From positions 64,529 through 128,528 of the forward strand of contig CAVRTJ010000011.1 in assembly GCA_963724125.1 (NCBI GenBank): DNA of 64,000 nucleotides, written 5' to 3'. Below the pieces are notes generated by a model. That model was not told where the DNA came from and made no database searches. It worked only from the letters and a program-made list of their open reading frames with translations. This document shows positions 48,555 through 58,764 of the stretch, in pieces. Source of the DNA: an uncultured Acidobacteriota bacterium (GTDB lineage Bacteria; Acidobacteriota; UBA4820; DSQY01). The first letter of the stretch is position 1. Every line of letters begins with the position of its first letter. Both the position numbers and the translations under genes were made by a program.

Positions 48555-49955
48555 GTGCGGCTCTACCTGATCAATCCTTCCAACCCGCTTGTCGGCATCG
48601 TCAGAGTCCGGGAAAGCCGCTGGAACCGTTACCGGCTGTGGAAGCCGCTCAGCCTGATGGTTCTTGCGGGCCTGACCCCGCCGGAGTGGGAAATCTCGAT
48701 CATCGACGAGAACTGCGGCGTGCGGGACTATCCGTCGATGCCCCTGCCGGACTTGGTGGGCATCACTGCGTTCACCTCGCAGGCGAGCCGGGCCTATGAA
48801 GTGGCCGCTTGCTTCCGGCGGCTTGGGGTGCCCGTCGTCATGGGCGGCATTCACGCAACCATGTGCATGGACGAGGCCATGGCGCGGGTGGATTCGGTGG
48901 TCACGGGGGAGGCCGAGAGGGTCTGGCCGCAGGTGCTGGAGGACGTCAGGCACGGTCGTCTGAAGGATCGGTATGACGGAGGACTAGCCGACACCAGCGA
49001 TATCCCAGCCGCTCGTCATGATTTGTTGCCTACTGAGTATTCCTTTGGATCCATCCAGACCACACGCGGCTGCCCCTTGAACTGCAGCTTCTGCAGTGTG
49101 ACGGCATTCAACGGGGCCAAGTACCGGATGCGACCCATTGAGGACGTTGTTCGCGAATTCCGGCTGATCCGCGAGAAGCTGGTTCTTGTGGTGGACGACA
49201 ACCTCGTGGGCACACGCCCTGAACATCTCGCTCGCGCCAAGGATCTGTTTCGCGCCATGGCGCAGGCGAATCTGCGAAAGAGGTGGGTCGCACAAGCCAC
49301 CATCAACTTTGCCGATGACGAGGAACTCCTGACTTTGGCCGCGAAGGCGGGCTGCGGGGGCGTTTTTATCGGCTTCGAATCCCCGACGCCGGAGGGGCTC
49401 AGGGAAGTGAAAAAGAAGTTCAACCTTCTGAAGGCCCGGGACTTCCGGGCCTCTGTGCGGCGCATCCAACGGCACGGAATCATGGTCGTGGGTTCCTTTA
49501 TGATCGGTTTGGACGTCGATGAACCGGGCATCGGAAAACGCGTCGCCGAGGTAGCCAGCCATTACGGAGTGGACAGTATGAACGCGCTGTTCATGACGCC
49601 CTTGCCCGGCACGCACCTGTGGAACCAGATGAAAGCGGAGGGCCGCATCGCTCTCGATACGTTCCCGGAAGACTGGAAATACTATACGCTGACCTTCCCG
49701 ATAGCCCGATATAAGCATCTGTCCATGGATGCCATCAGCGACGAAATGCTCTCCTGCCACCGAGCTTTCTTCTCCATGCCGCACATTTTACGCAGGGTAT
49801 GCGGCAACCTGTTGGGTCGCCGCCAGCCGCTGATGAGTCTTGTGGGCAATCTCTCGTATAGGAGAAATTTCCAGTTGAATCATGAAGCATACCAGGCCTT
49901 CAGGAGTTATCTGGGCAATAGGCGCGACAGTGAGCCCCGGCAACACAACACGTAA
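48555..49955 (+). CDS. Cobalamin-binding (class B) radical SAM enzyme with C-terminal DUF4070-like region
   Basis: GTG start after AGGAGAA. N-terminal B12-binding-like region, CPLNCSFC radical SAM triad, and ...FMTPLPGTHLWNQMKAEGRIALDTFPEDWKYYTLTFP.... Confidence 0.8.
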   Translation: MRLYLINPSNPLVGIVRVRESRWNRYRLWKPLSLMVLAGLTPPEWEISIIDENCGVRDYPSMPLPDLVGITAFTSQASRAYEVAACFRRLGVPVVMGGIHATMCMDEAMARVDSVVTGEAERVWPQVLEDVRHGRLKDRYDGGLADTSDIPAARHDLLPTEYSFGSIQTTRGCPLNCSFCSVTAFNGAKYRMRPIEDVVREFRLIREKLVLVVDDNLVGTRPEHLARAKDLFRAMAQANLRKRWVAQATINFADDEELLTLAAKAGCGGVFIGFESPTPEGLREVKKKFNLLKARDFRASVRRIQRHGIMVVGSFMIGLDVDEPGIGKRVAEVASHYGVDSMNALFMTPLPGTHLWNQMKAEGRIALDTFPEDWKYYTLTFPIARYKHLSMDAISDEMLSCHRAFFSMPHILRRVCGNLLGRRQPLMSLVGNLSYRRNFQLNHEAYQAFRSYLGNRRDSEPRQHNT

Positions 49956-49989
49956 CTATTGACTGAAATAGCAGGGCCACATCTTGTAA

Positions 49990-50162
49990 TGTCGCAAGCA
50001 ATCGCTCGGTGCGCCTTCGAAGGCCCGGTCCCTACCGTCATCTAAATCCGCAATCCCAAATCCCAATTCCCAAATTCCAGCCCTCGCCGCGTCACTGTCC
50101 AATCCCGAGTGCTTTTCCGCGCCTCACTCTCATTTCCTAATCGCCCGATCACTGGTTACTAT
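49990..50162. repeat. Mosaic intergenic repeat
   Basis: GCGCCTTCGAAGGCCCGG, TCTAAATCCGCAATCCCAAATCCCAATTCCCAAATTCC (reverse heptads), CCCGATCACTGGTTACTATTCACTC. Confidence 0.75.
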
Positions 50163-51398
50163 TCACTCATACCGCAGGGCATCGATGGGGTTTAGGTCGG
50201 CGGCGCGCAGGGCGGGGTAGAGGCCGGAGAGGACGCCGACGGCGATGGAGACGCCGAAGGCGAGCACGACCGAGAATACCGTGACGACGGTGGGCCAGCC
50301 GGCGGAGAGGGCGATGATCTTGGCAATGACCACGCCCATGACGACGCCCGCCGACCCGCCGATGAGGCTGATGGTGGCGGACTCGCTGACGAACTGGAGC
50401 GCGACGTCCCGGCGCTTGGCGCCGACGGCAAGGCGGATTCCGATCTCGCGCGTGCGCTCGAGGACGGATGCGAGCATGATGTTCATGATGCCGATGCCGC
50501 CCACCAGGAGGGAGATGCCGGCGATACAGCCCATGACGATGCTGAACAGACGCTGGGTTTTCCGGCTCTGCTCGAGCAGGGCCTCGGGCACCGTGATGTC
50601 GAAATCTTTCGCGCCGCCGTGGAGGCGGTTCACCAGCGTGCCGATCACTGCGGCGGCGGCCTGGGGACGGACCCCGTTCTTGAGCCGCACAACGATCTCG
50701 TCCACGGGCGATTTGAGGGGGTCCCGGTCGAACTTCCGCATCGCCGTCGTGACGGGGATGTCTACGTCCCGGCCTATGGAACTGATCTGCACGCCCTGGA
50801 AGGAGCCGCCGCCCGCTTCGGGAGCGGCGAGCACGCCGACCACCGTCAGCCAGACGTCGTCGACCTTGAGGTCCTTTCCGACCGCGGGGCCGTAGCCGAA
50901 GAGGTCCCTCCGGACATCCGGACCGATGACGCAGACCTGCGCGTTGTCCTTTTCGTCCAGCTCGTCGAGAAAGCGTCCCTCGGAAAGCTCCAGGCCGAAA
51001 AGCTCCGGCTGGCGCCAGGAGACGCCGAAAACGCTGGCGTCCGTGCTCGTCCCGGCGGCCATGACGCCGTAGGTGTGCACGCGGACGATCGGTGTGACGA
51101 AGGCGACGCCCGGAACGGCCTCCTTCACGGCCTCCCCGTCCCGCGGCGACACGCCCGGCGACTTTTTGCGGATCTCCTGGAGCTCGTCCTTTTTCAGGTC
51201 CAGGTTCCGGATGAGAACGTTCCTGAGACCCAGCCGCTCGATCATGGCCAGCGCCTGTCGCTCGGCGCCCGCGCCTATGGCGAGCATGGCGATCACGGCT
51301 CCGACGCCGAAGAGCATGCCAAGCATGGACAGTGCGGAGCGGAGTTTGTGCGAGAAAAGGTTCCGGAAGGCACTGACGAGGGCGTCTCTCGGGTTCAT
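50163..51398 (-). CDS. ABC-type efflux permease, FtsX/MacB-like with no fused ATPase (DevC-like)
   Basis: 411 aa. N-terminal TM, large periplasmic domain and three C-terminal TM helices (...IGIMNIMLASVLERTREIGIRLAVGAKRRDV...). Confidence 0.8.
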   Translation of the reverse strand: MNPRDALVSAFRNLFSHKLRSALSMLGMLFGVGAVIAMLAIGAGAERQALAMIERLGLRNVLIRNLDLKKDELQEIRKKSPGVSPRDGEAVKEAVPGVAFVTPIVRVHTYGVMAAGTSTDASVFGVSWRQPELFGLELSEGRFLDELDEKDNAQVCVIGPDVRRDLFGYGPAVGKDLKVDDVWLTVVGVLAAPEAGGGSFQGVQISSIGRDVDIPVTTAMRKFDRDPLKSPVDEIVVRLKNGVRPQAAAAVIGTLVNRLHGGAKDFDITVPEALLEQSRKTQRLFSIVMGCIAGISLLVGGIGIMNIMLASVLERTREIGIRLAVGAKRRDVALQFVSESATISLIGGSAGVVMGVVIAKIIALSAGWPTVVTVFSVVLAFGVSIAVGVLSGLYPALRAADLNPIDALRYE

Positions 51399-52672
51399 GA
51401 GGGGCCTCCCGCGAGGGGTCCGGTGCCGCCTTTCGGCGCCTTCTCCTCCTGTGAACGGGCGGTGGGGTCGAGGAGGGCGATGACGTCCCCATCCCTCAGC
51501 CCCTTCGTGACCACGACGCGACCCGGAACGCCTTGTCCCAGCTCGACGGTCACGGGTTGGAACCCTCCGAGAAGGCGCCTTTTGTAGACCACGGGCTTTC
51601 CCCCTTTCTGAAAAACGGCCTGCCGGGGCACGACCAGCGCGCTCTTCATGTCGGCCGTGGTGACCACCGCGTGCAGCCTCTGACCGGGGCTCATGTGAAG
51701 CGTGTCCGTTTTCCGGAAGGACAGGGTGACGCCGAAGTACTGGACCGGAACACCCGGGTACCTGGGCTGCGCAAGCGTATCGACCCTTTCCACGCGAGCC
51801 TTATAGACGGTGCCGCTGTGTGCGTCGATAGTCACCTGCGCGCGCTGCCCCTTGGCAAGCCCGCCCGCGTCGGCTTCGAGAACGAAGACCTTTGCCTGCA
51901 TGGCGCCCGTCTCCGGGATCTCGGCGAGCTTCTGCCCGGGAAAAACCGTGGAACCGATGCGAAGGGGATTGCCCCTCCAGTCCCTGTGGAGCACGACCAC
52001 GCCGTCGTGAGGCGCCTTGACCACCATGGACGCGAGGGCCTTTTTGGCTTCGCCGATTTCCACCTGCGCCTTCTGGGCCTCGATGCGAAAGAGATCGACG
52101 TCCGTCCTGGAAACAGTGTCCTTCGTTTGTCGCACGGCCTCGGCGTGGTCGAGGCGGCTCCTGGCCAACTTCGTGTCGATCTTGGAATTGACGATGTCGA
52201 ACCGGGAGAAGATGTCCGCGTCGGTCGTCTTGAAGGCCTCCGCCTGGGCGAGCCGTTTCTTCGATAGCTTCGCGTCCAGGTCGAGTTCCCGGTTCGAGGC
52301 CTTCATCTGCGCCTCGGCCTTGGCGATCTTCGCGCGGGCGGACGCCGCGTCCGCCTCTCCGTCAAGAAGCTTCTGGCTGAAATCGGCAGGATCGAAGCGG
52401 GCGACGACGGCGCCGGACTCTATCGGCGCGCCGTCCTGGGCTATCCAGGCCAGGGTCATGCGCGCGTGGACTGAAATCGGGGCCGTGACGGGCGTCGCCT
52501 TGACCGCCTTGAGAATTCCGTCGGCGGTGACGGTAAGGTGAAAGGGGCTGGCCTTGACCTTGAACGTCGGAGTGTCCCCGCCGGACATCGCGTGGAAGCC
52601 GTAGATTCCGGCGCCCGCGAGCGCCAGCAGGATTCCGGATCCGGCGAGGAGTCTCAGCCTGGAAAGGGTCAT
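51395..52672 (-). CDS. HlyD-family periplasmic adaptor (membrane fusion protein) 1
   Basis: From the ATG at 52672, which ATGA-overlaps the upstream gene's stop: MTLSRLRLLAGSGILLALAG..., coiled-coil region, then beta-barrel/lipoyl regions. Confidence 0.75.
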   Translation of the reverse strand: MTLSRLRLLAGSGILLALAGAGIYGFHAMSGGDTPTFKVKASPFHLTVTADGILKAVKATPVTAPISVHARMTLAWIAQDGAPIESGAVVARFDPADFSQKLLDGEADAASARAKIAKAEAQMKASNRELDLDAKLSKKRLAQAEAFKTTDADIFSRFDIVNSKIDTKLARSRLDHAEAVRQTKDTVSRTDVDLFRIEAQKAQVEIGEAKKALASMVVKAPHDGVVVLHRDWRGNPLRIGSTVFPGQKLAEIPETGAMQAKVFVLEADAGGLAKGQRAQVTIDAHSGTVYKARVERVDTLAQPRYPGVPVQYFGVTLSFRKTDTLHMSPGQRLHAVVTTADMKSALVVPRQAVFQKGGKPVVYKRRLLGGFQPVTVELGQGVPGRVVVTKGLRDGDVIALLDPTARSQEEKAPKGGTGPLAGGPS

Positions 52673-53940
52673 GGCCGATCCTTTCCAGGCCAGCGTTCGA
52701 GAATCCTGTCCCCCGGGGCCAGGCCCGAGACGATCTGAACGGCCTTTCCGGCCCGGGTCCCGATGACGACCGGGGTCTTCCTCCAGCCGAAGAAGGAACG
52801 GCGCATGACCTCCGGACCTGCAGGGCCCACGACGACCGCCGCGGCGGGAACGGTAAGGACGTTCTTCACCACGCCGGTGTCGATGGTTCCCGTGAAACGC
52901 ATACCGGGCATCATGCGGCGCGTATCGGTCCTGTCGAGGACGATGTCCAGCTTGACCACTTTGAGGGGATTGGCGGGGGACTTTGCCTGAAGGGCCCCCC
53001 ACACGGACCGGATCCGTCCCGTATAGGTGCTGTCGGGCGCGGCGTCGAGCTTCAGGGTGGCCCGCTGGCCGGGCGCGACCTTTCCCGAGTCGACCTCGTC
53101 CACTTCGCCTTCGGCCTTCATGTGTTGCAGGTCGGCCACTTCCAGCACCTTCTCACCGACCCAGCACTGGTCTCCGACCGCCTTCTTATTGCCGTTCCAA
53201 TCGACCTGGTAGATGACCGTCCCGGGTCTCGGCGCCTTCACGTCCATCCGCCGGATGGCGTCTTCTAACTCACGAACGCGCTCGTCAGCTCGCTTTTTCT
53301 TCTCCGCGAGAGAGGCGAGTTCCTCCCGGCCGGCCCGGAGCGACGCGGCAAGCGAGGTCCTAAGGCTCGCGACCCGGGCTTCGGCGGCGCGCAGGTCGAG
53401 CTTCGTCTTCTTGAGGTCGTTGGCGGCCTTGAGTTCCGGGGGCACGTCGAGAAGCATCCGGATCTTCCTGAGGTCGGCCTGGGCTTCCGCCTGCTTGAGC
53501 GTGCTGTCCTCCTTCTGGACCTGGAGTTCGGCCTTCTTCTTCTCCATCTGCTTGGACGCCTCGGCGCTTTCGGCCTGTTTCTCCTTCAGCTCGCGGAGAA
53601 GGTTGCTCGTGTCGAAGACGAGAACCGTTGCGCCTTTCTTGACCACCGAACCTTCGGGGGCCATCCTGGCTATGTTGAAATTCCACATGCGGGCCACGGC
53701 GGGCGGCCCAAGCAGATCTGCGTTCACGGCTTTCAAGGTTCCGGTGACGGCGACCGTGGTGACGAGATCGGCCCTCTTGACCCTGGCGGTTGTGGCTGCC
53801 GAACCGGAGGCACCCGCGGCGACCGCGCCGAGCAGTACGAGAATGACCGCCGCCGCGCCCCAAAAGAGGGGGCCGCGCGTTGCGGCCGCGTACATCGCGT
53901 CCCGAACCCTCCGGGCCGATCGGTCAACGGCGTCAGCCAT
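52669..53940 (-). CDS. HlyD-family periplasmic adaptor 2 (long coiled-coil)
   Basis: 423 aa. TM anchor, extended coiled-coil (...LRELKEKQAESAEASKQMEKKKAELQVQKE...), and C-terminal beta-domains. Confidence 0.75.
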   Translation of the reverse strand: MADAVDRSARRVRDAMYAAATRGPLFWGAAAVILVLLGAVAAGASGSAATTARVKRADLVTTVAVTGTLKAVNADLLGPPAVARMWNFNIARMAPEGSVVKKGATVLVFDTSNLLRELKEKQAESAEASKQMEKKKAELQVQKEDSTLKQAEAQADLRKIRMLLDVPPELKAANDLKKTKLDLRAAEARVASLRTSLAASLRAGREELASLAEKKKRADERVRELEDAIRRMDVKAPRPGTVIYQVDWNGNKKAVGDQCWVGEKVLEVADLQHMKAEGEVDEVDSGKVAPGQRATLKLDAAPDSTYTGRIRSVWGALQAKSPANPLKVVKLDIVLDRTDTRRMMPGMRFTGTIDTGVVKNVLTVPAAAVVVGPAGPEVMRRSFFGWRKTPVVIGTRAGKAVQIVSGLAPGDRILERWPGKDRP

Positions 53941-55186
53941 GATGTGCCTCAGGAGCCTCCAGCCGCTGGCCCGCCTTCAGCCCTGCGAATACGACGCATT
54001 GGAGAGGGGAGCAGGGGCCGATCCTGATTTTCACCGTGCGGCCGCCGGGCAGCCGGGCAACGGGCGGATTCACCGACAGGTCGAGACCGGTACGCGGCGC
54101 GATGAGGACATCCTTCATGCGGCGGGTCAGGACGGACACCCTGACGGACATGCCGGACCGCATCTTGTCCGGATAGCTTCGATCGAGCGCTATCCTCACA
54201 TCAAACGCCCTTCGCGCGGGGCTCTTCGGGATCTCTTTGGCCACCGAAGATACGACCGCGACGTAGCCGTGGATCGCAAGATCGGGAAACGCGTCGAGCG
54301 TGCAGAGCGCCTTCATGCCCGGCTGGATCCTGCCCTGGTCCACGTCCGAGAGCCGGGCGTCCACCAGCATCGTGGAAAGGTCCGGGATACTCATCACGGT
54401 CCAGCCGACGAAGACGGTGTCTCCGACCTGGAGCTTCCGGCCTTCCCAGGGATGTTCGGCGATTTCCACGATGCCGTCCCTCGGGGCGTAAGCCACCATC
54501 TTCTTCAAGGCGTCCTCGGCGGACGCCGCCTCTCTCCGGGCCTTATCGAGGGCCAGTCTCTTGATCTCGAGGTCCGCTCTGCCTGACACTTCAAACGCCT
54601 TGACGTCCTCCCGGGCCTTGTCGTATTCGGTCCGCGTGGCGTCGACAGCGAGCTGCCGGTCCTCGTAGTCCTTTCGCGAAAAGAGTTGCCTGGGAATCGA
54701 GGCGTCGATCCGCGCCTTCTCGTAGGCCGAGCGAGCCTGCTCAAGCGCGAGCTTCAGCTCGTCGCTTCGGGCGGCGTTCAGCGCCTTCTGCTGGGCGAGG
54801 TCGCCGGCGGCCTCGGTGGCTGCGAGTTTCTTCTCTTCGAGGTTGCTCGCCAGCGACGTGTAGTCCAGCTCGAGAATCTTTTCTCCCTTATGGACGCGTG
54901 ACCCGTCTCTTATCATCCACGTGATCTGGGTGCGCCACTGTGGCAAAGAGGGAACGATGATGTCTTCCGACTTTTCGGCCTCGAGCCGTCCGGTGAGCAG
55001 AAACCTGTCGGTGAAAGTCCCCCGGTGGACGGTCAGCGCCTGGTGACCTCCGCGGGCGCATCCGGCGGCGCACAGCAGAACCGCCGCGCTCATGAGCAAG
55101 CGGGAACTGGCTGACAATGGACTCCTGCGGGACGGGCCGGTGGCGGTTTTTCTCATTCTCAACATGAGCGCGTGCGCGGTGATCAC
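53933..55186 (-). CDS. HlyD-family periplasmic adaptor 3 (possible lipoprotein start at about 55093, MSAAVLLCAAGC)
   Basis: ...FTDRFLLTGRLEAEKSEDIIVP..., coiled-coil region, ...GDTVFVGWTVMSIPDLSTMLVDARLSD.... Confidence 0.7.
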   Translation of the reverse strand: MITAHALMLRMRKTATGPSRRSPLSASSRLLMSAAVLLCAAGCARGGHQALTVHRGTFTDRFLLTGRLEAEKSEDIIVPSLPQWRTQITWMIRDGSRVHKGEKILELDYTSLASNLEEKKLAATEAAGDLAQQKALNAARSDELKLALEQARSAYEKARIDASIPRQLFSRKDYEDRQLAVDATRTEYDKAREDVKAFEVSGRADLEIKRLALDKARREAASAEDALKKMVAYAPRDGIVEIAEHPWEGRKLQVGDTVFVGWTVMSIPDLSTMLVDARLSDVDQGRIQPGMKALCTLDAFPDLAIHGYVAVVSSVAKEIPKSPARRAFDVRIALDRSYPDKMRSGMSVRVSVLTRRMKDVLIAPRTGLDLSVNPPVARLPGGRTVKIRIGPCSPLQCVVFAGLKAGQRLEAPEAHHG

Positions 55187-55466
55187 CCCTCCTTCAATTG
55201 TAAGACGTCTGAACCGCCTGTTTGTCTACGATGATACCACACCGCGGCGGGGGGAATCCGATGCGGGGCACCGGACATCGCTAAATGGTTCCGCACGGGA
55301 TCCGGTGGTGTGAAGTCGAGACCGTGTCCTGGAGGAGCTGGGCGACCACGGCCGCTGGATCCGTTGTGCCTCAAGCAGCGCGGAAGCGGAGCCTTCACGG
55401 TCCGGGGGCGGCCCGTCGTCCTGGCAATTCAGGGAGGGTGTCAGCGGACTGTGACCGCGGTTCCCG

Positions 55467-56933
55467 TCAGGCCTCTCCGCCTTCGGTGTCCGCTGGCGCC
55501 ATCCCGTTCAAGCCGCTGTTCCAGAAGCCGTACGTGAAGTAGATGACCAGGCCGATGGCGAGCCAGATGACGAACCTGGCCCAGGTTACCCAAGGCAGGC
55601 TGAACATGAGGTAGCCGCAAAGGGCGATGCCGATGGCCGGGACCACCGGCGCGAAGGGCACCTTGAAGGGCCGTATCAGGTCGCGTACGAGTATACCTCA
55701 GATACGATGACGCCCGCGCACACGATGATGAAGGCGAAAAGCGTCCCGATAGAGCAGAGTTCGGCCACGACTATTGATCGGCGTGAGCGCCGCGGCCGTG
55801 GCCACGATGCAGCCCGTTACCCACGTCGTGACGTAGGGCGTCTGGAATTTCGAATGGACTTTCGACAGGAGCCCGGGCAGCAGTCCGTCTCTCGACATGG
55901 CGAACAGGATCCGCGGCTGGCCCATGAGCAGGACCAGGAGCACGCTGGTGATCCCCGCCAGCGCGCCGACGCTGATCAATGCACTGGCCCATCGCATGTG
56001 CAGGACGTTGAGCACCAGGGCTATGGGGTCGGCCACGCCGAGCTGCGCATAGGGGACCACGCCGGTCATGATGGCCGCCACGGCCATGTAGAGAACGGTG
56101 GCGATCACCAGGGATGCCATGATGCCGATGGGCAAGTCGCGCTGGGGATTACGGGCTTCTTCGGCGGTGGTCGAGACGGCGTCGAAGCCTATGTAGGCGA
56201 GGAATACGATTGCGGCTGCCGTCATGACGCCCTTCCAGCCGAAGGGCGCAAAGGGCACCCAGTTCTCGGGCTTGATGTACCAGGCGGTGAGGAAGATGAA
56301 TATCAAGATCACCGAGACCTTGACTATCACGACGGCCAGGTTGAAACGGCTGCTTTCCTTGATGCCCCGAACGAGAAGGAACGTTATGGCCAGCACGATG
56401 AAGGCGGCGGGCAGGTCGAGGTAGCCCGGGTCGGGGCCGAATGGCGCGGTGATGAACTCGTGAGGCAGATGCAGTCCCATGCCCTTCAGCAAGTTCACGA
56501 GGTAGGCGGACCAGCCTATGGCTACCAGAGAGGCCCCTACCATGTATTCGAGCACCAGGTCCCATCCGATGATCCAGGCGAGGATTTCGCCCAGCGTTGC
56601 GTACCCGTAGGTGTAGGCGCTCCCCGAAACGGGGATCATGGCCGCGAGTTCGGCGTAGCACAGCGCCGAGCAGGCGCAAGCCACCGCCGCCACGGCGAAG
56701 GACAGGATGATGGCCGGGCCCGCATGCTCTGCGGCCTCCACGCCGGGCAGGACGAAGATGCCCACGCCGATGATGCACCCGATGCCGATGGCGGTCAGAT
56801 CCCACGCGGTCAGGACTTTCTTCAGGCGCCGCCCCTCCTGCTGTGTTTCGGCGATCAGGCGACCAAGGGACTTGGTTCTGAATACTCCGTGAGCCATAGC
56901 CTCCCCCGTTTCGATAAGCGATACCGTCTCCAT
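55467..56933 (-). CDS. APC-family amino acid permease (frameshift near 55700)
   Basis: MAHGVFRTKSLGRLIAE...LTAWDLTAIGIGCIIGVGIFVLPG.... The C-terminus continues in the frame of ORF 55467..55661 (...RPFKVPFAPVVPAIGIALCGYLMFSLP...). Confidence 0.8.
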
Positions 56934-57140
56934 TGGCCGTTCAGAAGATGACCATTATCCCTCAAATGGCCTTCAAAGCCAAGCTCCGCCTGAGGGGCGG
57001 AGCGACGCGCTTCCGCAGGCCCGACGCACCTGCCTGTGCGCAGAGGGGCCTGGGACGAGCGGCGTTTCCATCCTTCGTCCCGGGTTCGCGCCTCAGACTA
57101 TTTCGGTGGATCACTTCGGGCGGGGGCCCGGCCTTCGGTA

Positions 57141-57593
57141 TTACTTGACGCCGTTCTGTGCCTGGAGGTAGTCGGCCAGGGCCTCGATCTGCTTGTTCGA
57201 GAGGCGTCCGTCGAAGCTGGGCATGGTCAAACCACGTCCCTGGTGGATGGTCGTGATGAGCAGGTCCCGATTGTTCTTATAGGGCCAGTTGGGTCTCTTG
57301 AGGGCCGGAACCGTGCCGCTGCCCTGCATGTTGTCGCCATGGCACTTGGCGCAGTTCTGGCGGTAGATAACCTCCGGATTCAGGGCGGCGGAACCGCTGA
57401 CGGGCATGCGTCCGTTCTTCGCGTAGTCGGCGGGCGCGGCCTCTTTTGCCGGCGCGCCCAAGTCTGCCCAGCCGCCGACGGCGGGGGTCGTGCGCCAGAA
57501 GATGACGGCCAGAGTGCACGGAACCACGATGGCTATGATAACGGCGATGATCCGCCGGTTTTTCTTCGTCTCTTCGTTTTTCTCTTCAGGCAT
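57141..57593 (-). CDS. Membrane-anchored mono-haem cytochrome c
   Basis: N-terminal TM helix. CAKCH haem-binding motif. Distal Met in ...RGLTMPSF. Confidence 0.8.
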   Translation of the reverse strand: MPEEKNEETKKNRRIIAVIIAIVVPCTLAVIFWRTTPAVGGWADLGAPAKEAAPADYAKNGRMPVSGSAALNPEVIYRQNCAKCHGDNMQGSGTVPALKRPNWPYKNNRDLLITTIHQGRGLTMPSFDGRLSNKQIEALADYLQAQNGVK

Positions 57594-57639
57594 TCATTGC
57601 TCCTCGGTCAAATGAGTATAACCCCGATTCCGTAAAAGT

Positions 57640-57777
57640 ATGCCCGATTGGGCGGATTAATGAAAGGGAAGGACAATTTGGAAGTCGGGATTGGGATTTC
57701 GGATTTAAAGGACCGCCGCGACCGCGCACTCTCGAAGCCGCGCACTTCGAAGGCCTACTCCCGCACTCGATCACTGT
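57640..57777. repeat. Mosaic intergenic repeat
   Basis: aaggacaatttgg-(AAGTCGG/GATTGGG/ATTTCGG)ATTTAAA...CTCTCGAAGCCGCGCACTTCGAAGGCC...CACTCGATCACTG has the same module order as 36167-36538. Confidence 0.75.
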
Positions 57778-58764
57778 CTAAATCAGATAGGCGATCGCCA
57801 GCCCCACCTGGGCGGCCATCATCATGGCGTACATGTGGGTCCAGGCGGGGTGGTTTCGGCTCGAGGCGAGGTCTTCGGGCCTCCTCAGCAGGAGAATCAC
57901 GGTGTAGGCGCCCCACAGGACCAGGATCGCGCCGAGGGCGTCCAGGAGGACGGGATTGCCGGTGAGCAGGCGGCCACCGGAGGGAAGCCGGATCAGCGTC
58001 CCCAGCGGCAGCATCAGCCAGGGCAGGACGAAGAAGGGCGCGATCATCCAGGCGGCGGTTCTTGGTCCGTAGACCACGGGTAGCGTTCGGCACCCGTCGA
58101 GCGCGTCGCCCCGTATGTCGGAAAAGTCCTTGGTGGACGTGGCGCCGAGCAGGAAGAGGAAGAAGACGGCGCCGAGATACCACGGCTCGAACATGGCCGT
58201 GGAGGCCACCATGGACCAGCCGGCGACCTTGAGCAGTTCGCCGCGGGCCGTAGCGACGGTCGCGTTGGCCCATATCCCGAAGCGCTTGGTGCGCCCCAGG
58301 AAGGGGGCCGAGTAGATGAAGGTGCAGAGGAGCCCCGCCAGGAACACCCAGAAGCAGGCATGGGCGTACCAGGGTGCGAAGGTCCTCGACGCGAAAGCGT
58401 TGTCGTAGGGAGGCGGCACGATCCACCACGTCGGTGCCAGGGAGACGGCGTACAGAACGAACGAGACGCGGACGGCGGACCGGACACCGATCTGTCCCGT
58501 GCAGAGCGGGCGGCCCGGTTTATTGATGCGATCTATGGAGAGGTCGAATACCTGGTTGATCATGTTGGACGCCGCATTCATCAGCGACGCGCAGACGGAA
58601 CCCGCAAGGAGTGTCCAGAAGAGTCCGGGGGTCGGGCCGGGGTGGAGATTGTGCGCGGAACCGAAGGCGCAGGCGGAGCCGGCGAGAATCCCCAGCAACG
58701 GAGGCACGAGCGTAAAGGGGCGGGCAAGCGCGATCCAGGACCTCATGCTCATTTCATCAGCCAC
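57778..58764 (-). CDS. UbiA-family polyprenyltransferase
   Basis: Nine-TM protein with NQVFDLSIDRIN (NxxxDxxxD) and DFSDIRGD second Asp-rich motif. Confidence 0.8.
   Translation of the reverse strand: MADEMSMRSWIALARPFTLVPPLLGILAGSACAFGSAHNLHPGPTPGLFWTLLAGSVCASLMNAASNMINQVFDLSIDRINKPGRPLCTGQIGVRSAVRVSFVLYAVSLAPTWWIVPPPYDNAFASRTFAPWYAHACFWVFLAGLLCTFIYSAPFLGRTKRFGIWANATVATARGELLKVAGWSMVASTAMFEPWYLGAVFFLFLLGATSTKDFSDIRGDALDGCRTLPVVYGPRTAAWMIAPFFVLPWLMLPLGTLIRLPSGGRLLTGNPVLLDALGAILVLWGAYTVILLLRRPEDLASSRNHPAWTHMYAMMMAAQVGLAIAYLI

Noticed and set aside
56934-57140. Possible glycine-riboswitch-like motifs (ACCGAAGG and CUCAGGC) in the 5' leader of the APC amino-acid permease
   Set aside because: The two motifs are about 140 nt apart, in the wrong context. 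There is no GGAGAG P1 or GCAA following ACCGAAGG, and no second aptamer. The resemblance is probably chance in GC-rich DNA.
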